Origin: Lama guanicoe
Lineage: Eukaryota
Assembly (NCBI GenBank): GCA_013239625.1
Contig: MU053216.1
Location: forward strand, 2,632,943-2,696,942
Length of the DNA stretch: 64,000 nucleotides
Reading direction: 5' to 3'
Part shown: piece after piece, positions 12,915 through 24,650 of the stretch
Position numbering within the stretch: the stretch's first letter is position 1
Layout of the letters: every line of letters begins with the position of its first letter
The notes under the pieces: generated by a model
The model's input: the letters and a program-made list of their open reading frames with translations, nothing else
Databases searched by the model: none
Told to the model about the DNA's origin: nothing
Program-made: the position numbers and the translations under genes

Positions 12915-13428
12915 TTTAAAAGAATGACACAGCTGTTGAGGACTCAACATAAACTGGTTAAAAACAACTAGTCTCAAGATGGCAGAAGACTCAACGTCCA
13001 GCAGACCTGGACCCTCACTGTCGCTCACCACAGCACACCAGCTGCTGAATGGCACTTCCACAGGTACGATGACCATTCCCAGGCTGACCAGAAGAGGCCA
13101 AAACGTGGGTGGTGGCCCAACACCTGGGAATCCCCACCCCTTCCCCAAAATGGTTGGTATAACCCTCCCGCTCTTTAGCAGATGAGATTACCCAGCCATG
13201 AGAACCAGCAGCCCCACGGCCTGAAGGCCACTTCGCCTTCTGAGCCTGACCGCGTTCTGTCTGTGGAATGTGCATCTCTGTGGATAGACTTGCTTTCACT
13301 TCACTGTGGCTGGCTCTTTAAGTTTTCCTTGTGCAAAGCCAAGGGCCCTCACTTGGTAGCCTCTCTCATGGCCTCACCAGAGGTCTGGGACATGATCATC
13401 CCCTCATGTCCCATTTTTTTTTACAACC
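12915..13428 (+). mobile_element. ERV1 solo LTR fragment, MER41-like, inserted in the old L1
   Basis: caagatggcagaagact, ctgggaatccccaccccttcccc, and cttgctttcacttcactgtggctggctc...ttccttgtgcaaagccaagggccctc resemble the MER41 layout. It interrupts collinear L1 sequence. Confidence 0.7.
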
Positions 13429-13429
13429 G

Positions 13430-13846
13430 TTGGACCACAGAAAGCTCCCTTCCCCTTCACAGCTCGTCTAGAGCCTACTTACAGCAGCTCCTTTTACTGT
13501 TTATATTATGTCTTGCTATCAAGAAAAAATAAAAAGGCACACCATAATTTAAAAAAAAAAACACAATTTGAAGAAACAAAGCAAGCAACAGAATCAGATG
13601 AGTTGGGGATGTTGGAATGATCAGACTAGGGGTTTAAAACAGCTATGATTCATCTGCCAAGGGGGCTAATGGATGAAGTAAATGGCTTGCAAGAACAGAC
13701 AGCCAGCATGAACAGAGACAGGGGAACTCTAAGAAAGAAACACAAAGGAAGGCTAGAGACCAAAACTCTTGTCATCGAAATGAAGGCCACCTCAGTGGAC
13801 TCACGGCGGACTGGTCTCAGCTCAGGAAAGACTCCCTGAGCTAGAA
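13430..13846 (+). mobile_element. Old L1 (L1MC/L1MD class), continuation with ORF1 remnant
   Basis: acacaatttgaagaaacaaagcaagcaacagaatcaga...gatgttggaatgatcagac...; ORF 13645-13839 (LQEQTASMNRDRGTLRKKHKGRLETKTLVIEMK) resembles the L1 ORF1 coiled coil. Confidence 0.8.
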
Positions 13847-14329
13847 CAGAGTCCTCAAGCTCTTCCTACCACTTTTAGATCACGTGAGAGCTTCCCAAAT
13901 GCCCTTCCCACTCTTTGGTTATCCTCGCCCACCTCTTTCCTCCAGCAAAGAACTCCCTCTGCTCTCTCCCCTACGGAAGCAAAGCCGGGGACTCCCTCCC
14001 CTTCTCCATCTTCCCAGTCCATTGATGGTCTGCGTGGTAAATCTGCTCTGTCCCCTCTGTTCCCTCATCTCCTACACCGCTGTGTCCCAAGGAACCGCTG
14101 CTTGTCATTCCTGCAGTGACACCCACCCACCATGGTTGTATTTACTTATCACACGAAGAAGAGGAATTCCGCCGGTTGGGGAAATGTATCTGTCACGCAA
14201 AAGCCAACTTCCCTGGGCTGCTGTGCAGCCGGTAGGGGGTGTCTGCTCAGCTCAGAGGCGCACTCTGCCTCCTTCGTGTTAACGTTTTCTTTTAAACCAG
14301 TTCTGGGGGCCATCTGGTCAACATGTAAA

Positions 14330-14525
14330 ACATGACGTGCGGAAGCCTGCCTCAGTCCTGGGAAGTCTCCGACTCGGGGCTCCAGTCAGAGCTGGGGCTT
14401 TCCAGGGAGCAGAGGGAACGCGGTCTCCCAGGGCTACCCTGCCACGGCTGCGGCGCCCCGAGAACCGCCCGCCCCGCCGCAGAGCGGCCCCGCCGGCTCG
14501 GCCCCGCCTCGCTCGGGAGCAGTTT
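14330..14525. promoter_or_regulatory. Small CpG/GC-box cluster (candidate enhancer or minor promoter)
   Basis: Several CCGCCC/CCCCGCC motifs at 14465-14509 in a CpG-dense patch, and TGACGT at ~14334. Confidence 0.4.
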
Positions 14526-14964
14526 CCCTAGAATGAAATAAGTTTGATTTGAACGTCTCATTTTCCACTCAAAGCTCCCTGCCCCTTCACGCCCCGTGTC
14601 ACGTTATCATCTTTTCTCTATGTTCCTTGGAGATTTTTATTCTAAAGACGCAACTCAAACGTACCACTTACATGAAGCCGCCTCTGAAACTGCCTAAAAC
14701 CGGTCACCTCCCTCTGTGATGTCTTTTCAGAAAAAAAAATTAAAGTACGAATGTGAAGTCTAGTTTTGGGATTGTGTTGATATTTAAGTCTCTCTGCAAA
14801 GCTTTATTGGCCATACGTGCTTCTGGGCGTTTTTTGCCGCATGCAGATAATTACTCATAAAAACAGGTAACAGGGTGGGAAGATAAACTCTGAGTATAAG
14901 CGACCACAGCAAGTGCATAGCAGGGACATCTGTTTTGAAATCCAGTGTAGAAGTGAGAAATATC

Positions 14965-15161
14965 TAGTGGTTGGAATTAAAACCCAGCTAGACAGACTTG
15001 CAAGAGCCAATTTCAACATCTACCCATGTGTTCAGTGACGTCACACCAGCCACGCTCAGTGTTTTTACATCATGGAAATCAACAAGTTTTCTAAAATCAG
15101 TATTCTTTCCTGCCTCCCCCTCAGCCCCTCCCAGAGCCGAACCTTTCCCAGCACTCCACTG
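14965..15161 (+). mobile_element. MER63A-like hAT-Blackjack DNA transposon
   Basis: ttgcaagagccaatt...gttcagtgacgtcac...tttacatcatggaaatc...ccagcactccactg; termini tagtgg / ccactg. Confidence 0.7.
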
Positions 15162-15604
15162 GAAACATCCCATTTTTAAAAAACGTCCTGCATCTGTGGT
15201 TTGTAATCAAAGCTTCCCTATGATCCTCATTAAAAAATTCTTAGTCTCATCATTGGATTTTATAAAAAGCACATGTCTGCATAGCAATACACCTTGTGGC
15301 AGGACTGATTCATACTTGGGGGCTGTTTCTGCCAACACTTGTTTTGTTAAACTCTACAGTTGATCCCAATCTGACTGATCAACTAATTCTCAGTTTTAAA
15401 ATCAATATTTTGTATCTCCAGCGTGTAAGAATATTATATAAAAATACAAATGTGTTGTGCGCCAAAGTTAAAAATTATGTGCAAGAACGTATGAGTGATT
15501 TAGATAAATGATGGGACACAGTTAAACATGCTTCCGTCACGTTTAACTTGTTCTAATGTTGCCTTAGCACCGCTGAGCTTAATCTTAAGAAAAGTCAGTC
15601 ACTT

Positions 15605-15876
15605 ACATTAGCTTCTTACGACTGCTGTAACAAGCTACCACAAACTTAGCGACTTAAGGCAAGGAATTCTGCCATAGTTCCAGAGGCCAGAAGTCCAAAG
15701 TCAGGGTCACGAGGCCAACCTCAGGGTGTCAGCCAGGACCACACTCCCTCCAGGGGCTTCAGTCGCCCGTCTGTTCCTGCCTCTTTCAGCCTCTGGTGGC
15801 GTCTGACGTTCTTTGGCTTGTGGCCGCATCACTCCAATTTTTGCTCCATCTTCACAGCACCTTCCCTTCTGTGTGT

Positions 15877-15916
<40 letters not shown>

Positions 15917-16085
15917 CTCCTTCTGCCTGGGTCAGACTTCCCCAGGCCTCTCTCTTATAGGGACGCGTGTACTTACATTGCACCCACCTGGATAATCTCA
16001 AGATTAATCCCGTCGTTTACCATTTAAGGTGGTAGTCACAGATTTCAGGGATTAGAACTCAAAATAAGGCCAGTGTATCACCTAT
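15605..16085 (-). mobile_element. MaLR LTR (MLT1, probably C/D group) with internal (TG)n
   Basis: ctgctgtaacaagctaccacaaacttagcgacttaa...gaggccagaagtccaaa...ttggcttgtggccgcatcactccaat...cccacctggataatc; (TG)n at ~15869-15913. Confidence 0.85.
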
Positions 16086-16989
16086 CACCTGGAAAAAAAA
16101 AAAGCCAAAACTAAATACTTGTTAAAATATTTTCCAGGATAACCTAAATGTTTTCAACTATTTTTCAGGGGTTTGAACAAAGTTATCCAATATCTCAAAG
16201 CATTCACTGAACATTCAGGAGTGGGGAAAACAAAGATACAAAATATCTATCTTATTAATATTTATGGACTATTGTAATTAACTTTGGATTTAGCTTATGC
16301 ATCTGTCATTTTAAGATTTGATACATACAAAATGCCTAGTCTTTTTCTTTCTTAAGTAGAGTACAACGCCCCGTTCAGTTTTCAAAGTTGGGTTATTTAC
16401 TCATGCACAAGCATTTTTCCACACCCGTCTTGTGTTGGATATTTTTTTAGATCTTACCTGAAGATTTTATGACAGATGTCACCAGTTCGGTACTTCTTCG
16501 TAAGTTCCAATAGACACAAATCAAGTTGATTTGCCAGACTTCTCTAAAAGCATGTCTTAAATTAGTATATTCCTGCCAGAAATGTTTTTACTGAATGCCA
16601 AGTGTGTCCTTAGTGTTTTATCACCTTCTTGAAAAATAAAGAACCATAAACTATTGTCAGGAATCACAGAGTTTTGAGGAAACAGAGACGTGATCTGAAG
16701 GTGCAGACTCCTTCCTATAAAACACAGCATTTAACCGTGGAGAAATCACTCACATGATACAGGCAGCTTCACAGGGTAAGGGGCAGTGGGTTTTGGATTC
16801 AGTTAGTTTCCTGATTCTGGCATATTTGTAAGAGAGGGCACGTATTTGCCACACTGTATCCAGTTCCCCCGGTGACTAGACTGACTAGACTTCGTAACAC
16901 TCCTGATCGGTGGTAATGGCTATTAGAATAAAAATACAATAAAAGCGACATTATGAGGTTATAGAGTATGTGTGCCTCTGTGTGCAGGA

Positions 16990-17385
16990 ACTTTTAAAGA
17001 TGACACTCGGTTATTTTTGAAGGAGTGAGAGAGGCTTTAGAGAGAAGGATCTTCAGTTTTTACAGATCAAAGAAAGGGGTGAGGAGAAAAGGCATCGCAC
17101 ACACACTCACACGCACACCCACAAGAAGGAGGAGGAAGAGGAACAGGAGGAAGAGGCTGAAGTTACGGAGGATGAGACCAGCATGATGTTCATATGACGT
17201 GGGAAGCCGCCCTGGCTGCTTTAGGGAGCGTACAGGTTAACATTAGGGAGTCACGTTGCAGAGTAAGGGAAAGACACAGGGACCGCAGATTTTGAAAATC
17301 AGGCAAAAATGGTTCCATGTGGTGTGACAAGGGATAGGGAACCACTGAAGGTCTTCGAGCAGAAGAGTGACATAATGGAAATGGT
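16990..17385 (-). mobile_element. Degenerate LINE-2 fragment
   Basis: Purine-rich, ending in tagggaaccactgaaggtcttcgagcagaagagtgacataat, a typical antisense L2 motif. Confidence 0.55.
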
Positions 17386-19589
17386 TGATAATTTGCATAT
17401 ATAGTGAAAGATCTTAAAGAATACTAATCAAATGAGATTGGGGACTGAGAAAAAGTATTTCTTCTGAAATAGACAATTTAATGGAAACCCGTGACAGTAT
17501 CCCAGTAAATAACATAACAAGAAAAAGACTTCGCAGAATATTGATTTAATGCATCACTTAAGCAAGAGAGTATCTCCAACCTGCATTATCCACGCTCTAT
17601 TTCCTTGTACCTTGGGCAGCTTATCTATTTACCTCCCTGCGAAGAACAGGCACATTTTTCTACATGAATTGTTTGCTTATGATGTATAGTATTTAACAGT
17701 AGGATAAACTGCATCCCAGAGAGCATTCAGCACTTTTGGAAGTTATGTATTCCTTCCTATGCCATGGCTTAGAATATCATGAATAAAAATGACTGAAATT
17801 AAATTCAGACCAGCAGAGGACAGCCGCCATCATCATCATCTGTGGAAAAACATATCACTGCCAAAGAAATCACTTTCAATATGCACAAAAGTTTGCAAAT
17901 TGCAATTTGACCCCATTGTATAAATTTCAATAGTCATCTGAAACATCGAAAGAACGCATTTAAAATAATTATGTTGATTCTAAATTGCACATTCAAATGA
18001 TACGTTCAGTTCGCAGATTGGAGATATGACGAGAACATATGCTGTAAAACCCAGAAGAAAAGTTGAAGTTAGATATCAAATCAATTGTTAATTGTAAGAG
18101 GCAGGTAAGGAAAATCTGCCTCTTCAAATTAAGAGGACACATCTGAAAAAAATTACAGTTATGTCTAGATAGTTACCATATTAAAGATAAAATTAATCTT
18201 TATTCCAATGAGAGCTCTGTGGATTTCTTTTAGGATAAGAAAATAAATGTTGCTCCCCATTAAAATGAAGCAAACGCCTTATTTGGTCAAGACAGCATGC
18301 ATAATTTAATGAGATGCCCTAATATTCTGGAAAACGGCATGAAAGGGCAGCTGAAATATATTTAGCAGAGGCGTTGCAGCTAGACAGTGTGTCCTTACAG
18401 AGTGCTTGCTGATAGCCTCACTTCCACTCACGACTAGAGAGGGGTCTTGGCAAATTTCTACTCCCCCAGAACTGCAGAGCACAGGAGGAACAGGAGTGGA
18501 TGGACGGGAAAGTTGAGAGGCAGAGATCCGGATGAATTTTCACAGCAAGGATCTGAAGAGATCAAGGTTCCAGCAATCTGGAACCAGTCAGAGCTGCCAG
18601 GGCTGTGGCTTTAGGGTGCAGGGGGCAGAAGCGGAAAGAAAAGCCCCTGTGATTGAAACTCTTCGGAGGATGAAAGGTGCGATCTCACTTTTGCTTTCAT
18701 GAACGAAAGCGAATGAGAAAAGCGGTATCTGCTTACTTGTAAAACCCTGACTATTTTGGCAACCCTCTAAGTTAGGTGGAAAGTCAGAATCAGACGACAT
18801 AGCACTGCCACCAGAGTTGCCCTCCCTCCCTTGTGCCCTCCCTCCTGTGGGAGTTGATTTGAGGCTATTTCAAGGAGAGGATCATTGGGTGGGAAGTGAT
18901 GTCGATGAGCTTAAATCATTGATAAGAAGCTCCCACAAGGAACTTAATGAAAATCATACCATTTATAGGCACCAGAAAACATCAAAAAATCAAAAGGAAA
19001 TAGTCATAAGAGATACTTGGAGAGCAGTGTTCCCGAAAGTTCTTCTACCGTTAATATTAATGTTTCCTGGACTTTAACTCCCTTAATGTCAAAACTGTTT
19101 TCCTTTCTATGCTTCTTATTTTTAGATTATATTATAGTAGATTATATGTTATTCAATACATTAAAAGGAACCTGCAAATTTATTATTTCAGATGCACTTT
19201 GATGACTTTATACCTTATCACCTCTTCCTGCGAGGTAGGGAAAGGCATTATTCTCTCTTTTATTTTCCCAACTGATGATAGGGCTGGAAAACAGCACATT
19301 CTCAATAAATATTGGTTAGCTGACTGGTTTCACCTTATGAGGCACATTATGACCGGAGGAAAGAGTGGGGCCTCACACAGTGTCCCAGGCGAATATTAAG
19401 ACAACTTCTCATTTGCTCTTGGAAGCTCCAATAAAAGGGATGTTACTTTTTTTTTATTAAAATGCAAATTGTTAAATATATCAGAGGGAAAGTCAGGCTT
19501 GTTTCTATCGATTTGACATGAAGAGAAATTGTAACATACCTGTCTAGAATGGAAATGTATTTCGATGGTCAGTCTGTGTCAGATCTCAG

Positions 19590-19930
19590 TCCAGGGAACA
19601 AAGGTCTTGGGACTGAAGGAAAGATGTCAGGAAACCCAACGGCCAGAGCAGAACTCAGCACTAAGACGGAAGCCGACGACGGCTTCGCAGGAAACTCAAG
19701 AAGCCCACTACCCACACTGCAGGCTCTGCGTCACGAATCTCTGTTCTTGCTGAAGATCGAATTTCTTTATTCTCTAGTCTATATTCTTGCTGAAAATGAA
19801 CTTTCCTTCCTCATCTATAGACCGAATCTGACATCTCTTAATCACAACTTCAAATTCCTAAGAAAAGGACTGTGATTCAGTGGGCTTGGATCACGTCCAT
19901 ACCTGGACCAGTACATCGTGAGATGGGTAA
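19590..19930 (-). mobile_element. Old MaLR LTR fragment (MLT1J/K/L-like)
   Basis: ttcaaattcctaagaaaaggactgtgattcagtgggcttggatcacgtccatacctggaccag resembles the MLT1K/L core motif. Confidence 0.5.
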
Positions 19931-22266
19931 GTGGAACACGACTGCTCCGGGGCAAGCGTGGGATCAGAACTTTCCAGAAGTGTGGGGAAACTAGCCGAGG
20001 GGCGTCCACTAGATTCTTGTCTACTTTCGGCTACTAAAGGAAAAGAAATCCCTTACTGCATGACCGTCCACGCCTCGGTGCCCTTCCAGACCCCTTAGCC
20101 AGGTTGAGCCAGTGGACTTTTATTTGACTTAGCAGCTGTCAAAGGACCGGTGCTGCAGTCGCTTTAGTTCAAGTGCCCACTGTATGATCATTTCAGTCCC
20201 CACTGAGAAGCATATTTTTGACATTTGCTTTCTGTTCCCCAAGCCCATCGCTAAGATCCTCAGCTAAAGACCTGAAGCTTCAACTCGAAATTTCCAGCAT
20301 AACAATCATCCGTCCACTAAAGCAGTCAACTAACGTGACTAGTCCCCTCCCACCTCGCCCCTGTACAAGTGGGAAAGACTCATCTGTTTGGGGAAGGGGC
20401 AGAATGACTTCACCTTCTTTTAAACTTCCAAAAAAATTCTAAAACATCAAAAAGTGTACTGTTCGCATTACGTGTTACTCTGAAACAACTCACTAGGTGG
20501 GAGCTTTGCCCCTTGTATTTAATGTCTTTTAAAACAATCTTCAAAAGAGTGACTCCAACCCCCCATTCTTCTAACGGATATTTTTTGCTGATTATTCTGA
20601 AACTTAAAAATGTTGAACTTCCTTGGTAGAACTTTCTACATAAATTATTAATCCAATTTAATTTAAATTTTCATAAGTTATTAAAGGAGATTGCATGTGA
20701 ACGGCCAATGTTCAGGTCTGGGAAGTTCTAATTCAAGACAGTGGCAACATGCAGACTTTGGGTATTAACTTTCTTTAAGGAAAGCATGAAATACAGTCTT
20801 TCATCCAAAACAAAATGTGGTTGGCAGATACTTTTCAAAAGGTTTAATTAATTATCTCAATTTTAGACCACCCAGGAGCTGGAAGTAGATACCTTGAACT
20901 GAATATATAGATGCAGCTCAAACATAATGTGATGTCTGGAAGGCCTAACAATTTCCATAATTGAAGACCTCGCCAGGTAATTTGGGGTGTCTGTGAAAGC
21001 CGTGTCCTTACCCAGGTTCAGAGGCTGGAGTTGTGGTGTGAACTTGTATTCCTTGTACCTTTTCTATTTTATTTTCCAGGCTCCATACGGTAATTTCTTA
21101 AAGCTAACTGCCGGTAAGACACTTGCTTTCATTCAGTTAAGTGTCAAATAAGTCCTTATCATAAACTGAGTGATATTTTTGAAAATAAACAAAATATAAC
21201 AGAAAAGAAATCTTTGCCAAAAGAGGACTCAGGAAGACTAAAAGAACATTCAGCAGAAGTTTATATAAATACTTACAATTCCACAAATAGGGTTAAAACA
21301 TTTCAACCTGACACGTCGCTCTGTTCAATTACATGGATATTCAATTGGTATCAAGGAAGGCAGAGCAGCTCAAGTTTGTCGCCGGTGTGATGTCAGAAGA
21401 CACATAAATGCCCAAACCAGGACACAGTAGGCAGTCACTTAAAGGTGGTCTTTGAAGACCATAAAACAATCTCACCTTTTATCGAAATGCTTCCTCTCTA
21501 AGTCATTGCCCCTAAAACGTTCCCCACTGGATACCCAACAGATAAAGCCTTCCCTAGTTACATTTACACACCCTGGTGCCGTCTGGTAGGACAAAGCTAC
21601 TGGAAAATGTTCTTTAACAAAACCAGAGCAGCAGAACGCCAGGCAAACATTTCAGAAAACCAGTAGGCTATTTTCAAATTCATTTTGGCATACAAACAAA
21701 CAAACAAAAACCAGAGAAAAAAATTAGTTATATGTTTTGAACCCCTCAATCCAAGAGCTCAGTGTAAGCATTCCAGAGTTAAACTTGTGGATGAGAGATA
21801 AATGCATTACCTTGATGAGGCTAATAAGGTGGCTGCACTTTGATGAGGGTGCAACTGCATTTTTATAGAATCTGTTTTCCTCGGCTGTGGCTGAGGATCT
21901 CAGGTGGATGTCTGTGGCCCTTCTGGAAGGCATCGCCTGGAGTTTGGTACCTTCCTGAGATAACACACGCTGTCTGATGCCAGCAAGATAAGACAGGACT
22001 GGGAGGGTGAGGGTGAGAACTGACGATAGAGGAGAGAAAGGAAAACAGGGGTGGGAGACCCTCTGTCCCTCTCACTGCAGATGGTCAGGAAGCCCTACTA
22101 CTTGGCTTCTACCTCCTGTCCTAATTTGAGGCTTCTAAACAGTTCCTGGAGCCCTGCTAATGCACATGTGCCCAGCAGACCAGCAAGGCAGCATTACCTG
22201 GGACACTGTTAGAGGGACGCGCCGCAGCTAAGGCCATGCCTGCAACCTGCAGAATCAGTATCTGCA

Positions 22267-22622
22267 GGTTGTTTTAGTTTTTTTAAATTAAATTAAATTT
22301 CTAATTTTTTTTATTGAAGTAGAGTCAGTGACAATGTCAATTTCTGGTGCGCAGCACAATGTCTCACTCATGCATGTACAGCCATATATTCATTTTGAGG
22401 ACACTAACGAACTCGTCTACAGAAGAAACAGACTTGCAGACATAGCAAACAATCTTCCGGTTACTGGAGGAAGGGGTGGGAAGGATACATTTGGGAGTTT
22501 GAGATTCCAAATGTTAACCACTATATATAAAAATAGATAAAAAATAAATTTATTCTGTATAGCACAGGGAACTATATTCAATATCTTGTAATAACCTTTG
22601 ATAAAAAAAGATTATGAAAATG
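22267..22622 (-). mobile_element. Short L1 with 5' inversion (twin priming)
   Basis: PolyT plus antisense L1 terminus at ~22270-22397, then the upstream 3' UTR segment in sense orientation at ~22398-22622. TSD agtatctgca (22257-22266) / agtatctaca (22623-22632). Confidence 0.85.
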
Positions 22623-22663
22623 AGTATCTACATTATAACAAAGTCCCGGATATTTCACATGAA

Positions 22664-22667
<4 letters not shown>

Positions 22668-22712
<45 letters not shown>

Positions 22713-22835
22713 TTATTTTTGCAGGGGAAGGTAATTAGACTTTATTATTTATTTTTAGAGGTGGTACTGGGGATTGAACCCAGGACCTCATGCATACTAA
22801 GCATGTGCTCTACCACTGAGCTATACCCTCCCCCC
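22668..22835 (-). mobile_element. Camelid tRNA-derived SINE (Vic-1-like) with (TAA)n tail
   Basis: Reverse complement ggggagggtatagctcagtggtagagcacatgcttagtatgcatgaggtcctgggttcaatccccagtacc carries pol III A and B boxes. (TTA)n at ~22666-22710. TSD ttcacatgaacatt (22654-22667) / ttcatgtgaacatt (22836-22849). Confidence 0.92.
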
Positions 22836-23235
22836 TTCATGTGAACATTCATGCTCTTGGTAGCTAGATATAAACACTCAAAGGCTGTGAAATGTGAAAT
22901 GAAAACGCTAATAAAATAATTATCCTTTTAAACAAATATAATTTTGTTATTTTAATTTGAGATGCGATTATAATAATAATTTTTTTGGTGAATTTAATTC
23001 TAAAATTAGAGTTTCTGTTCATAGATTGCGTGCCGTCTGTGTAGCTGTCTCCCTGTGACTGGAAGAAAGCAGGAAATGTGCTTCGCGTCTCGTTAGCTAA
23101 GGCATCGGAAATCGGGACATGTTAGACAACAGACGATCAATCTACTTCCCTTTTCTCTTTGATGACAAGACAGCCACACAAACACGGAAAAGCCACAATT
23201 GTGAGATTTTGCCTTTGTTCTACGTGAACCACGTG

Positions 23236-23268
23236 CATATTTGGGAAATCCAGGATTTCCCAAATATG
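23236..23268. repeat. Perfect inverted repeat, 16-bp arms, 1-nt spacer
   Basis: catatttgggaaatcc-a-ggatttcccaaatatg. Confidence 0.97.
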
Positions 23269-24149
23269 TTTGACTTTTACATACTTGTAGGAAGTGTAGT
23301 CATCACACTCAAGAGAGGATAATAAACCAAGAAAAATTAAAAGTATCTGAGTCACTTAGAGCTAAAAATCTAAGTTTATGAAAAGGTTTGTCTATTAGAG
23401 TCCAAAAAAAAAAAAAAGAGGCACCCTTTTTAGTATGTTTGGCCCAAATCCCAAATGTCTAAGAGCTGACCACACAGCCCATGTTTGCTAGTTGTAAATT
23501 CAGAATGCCGGAGAAACATCCTGCTCAGATACCTTTCATTTTTGTCTCATCCCAATTTTTACCACCCAGGATTCAGACCACCCCTGACAAACAAACAAAA
23601 TGACTACCAAGAGCTAATTTTGTAATGAAAGCAATTTATATGTAAATGTGTGACACAGAACATCTCTGGACCCTCTCCTGTAGGATACAGGTTTCAGGCC
23701 ACGATAGATGTCTCAACATGGTCCAGTCACTTACTTGAATGTCTGAGATACTGAACTTTGAACGTTTTCACAGTTGTCGCACTTGTAGGTGCTGGAGTGA
23801 GACATGGTGCCGTTCCTCCGTTGCTTTAGGAGTTTCCACCATCACACACTATTCTAGATCTCAGTTTTGCCATAAAGGAATAACGACACTCACACTGCCT
23901 TCCTTGTTGTGTTATTGTAAATATCAAGGATAGCGGTGGGTTTGAAAGAGCTCTGAGAGGTGTCAAGCACTGTGTAACTAGAAGTGATTGCTACTGGTAA
24001 GTGTGTTTTCCTAGAGACATTTTAGGATTTATAATATGGTGTATGTTCTGGGCTTATTTAATAATATGGAATTTAGAAGGTCCAGTTCTGGTGTTGATAA
24101 TGTTCATTCTTCAACAGATTTCCCCTCGGTAAATTGAAAATAGAAATTG

Positions 24150-24650
24150 ACCTTTTTAATATACAAAGGGCGAGAAAGTTGGGGATATTGACCAGATGCT
24201 GGAAGTCATGAAACACGGACCCTAGCTGGGAGAGAAGTATGGGTGGAAAGGGAGTAAAAAAGAAAGGGGTTAGTAGAGAAGGAGAAATTGGAGGAGCCAA
24301 AGAATTGGAAAGATCAAAAATGTGGAGGAGGAGGTATTGTGACAGCGTTGGAAGAACTGAAGATCCTAGTTGAAGAGCGTGTGGGTCCATTTTGTCACTC
24401 CAGTGGTCCGCCGCCCTGACCTCTGCGATACGGACGTGGGGCTGCCGTGGGAGTGGAGGTGGACGCCATCGGCGCTGCGGAGGTCAGTGACCCGAGGGAC
24501 GAGAGTGTTGGATATACTGCCCTTGTGAACACCGACCGACACCTGCACGATGGCAGGACCAGAGATAAAGAGGAAATCTGAGAGCCTGAGGCCCGGTCCC
24601 CCGTGAATGAGGAGGACAGAAGAAGTTGATAGATGGCAGCCAAGAGGAGG
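24150..24650 (-). mobile_element. Degenerate LINE-2 internal fragment
   Basis: gaggtcagtgacccgagggacgagagtgttggatat...gtgaatgaggagg...gatagatggcagc resembles the antisense L2 ORF2 5' region. Confidence 0.55.

Larger units (their letters stand above)
22150..22865. mobile_element. MER5A-like hAT-Charlie element split by two later insertions
   Basis: Pieces gaccagcaaggcagcattacctgggacactgttaga...gaatcagtatctgca | ttataacaaagtcccggatatttcacatgaacatt | catgctcttggtagc rejoin to a MER5A-like sequence once the L1 and SINE are removed. Confidence 0.6.

Noticed and set aside
271..18286. Several CArG boxes (271, 3678, 10275, 10803, 18277) and scattered octamer motifs
   Set aside because: The counts are about what base composition predicts, and one lies within an L1. 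No enrichment can be claimed.
18566..18585. Hairpin ggttccag-caat-ctggaacc
   Set aside because: 8-bp stems are expected several times by chance in 64 kb.
22760..22835. tRNA-like sequence (also at 51118-51190)
   Set aside because: A/B boxes are present, but with A-rich tails and TSDs, so these are SINE heads rather than tRNA genes.
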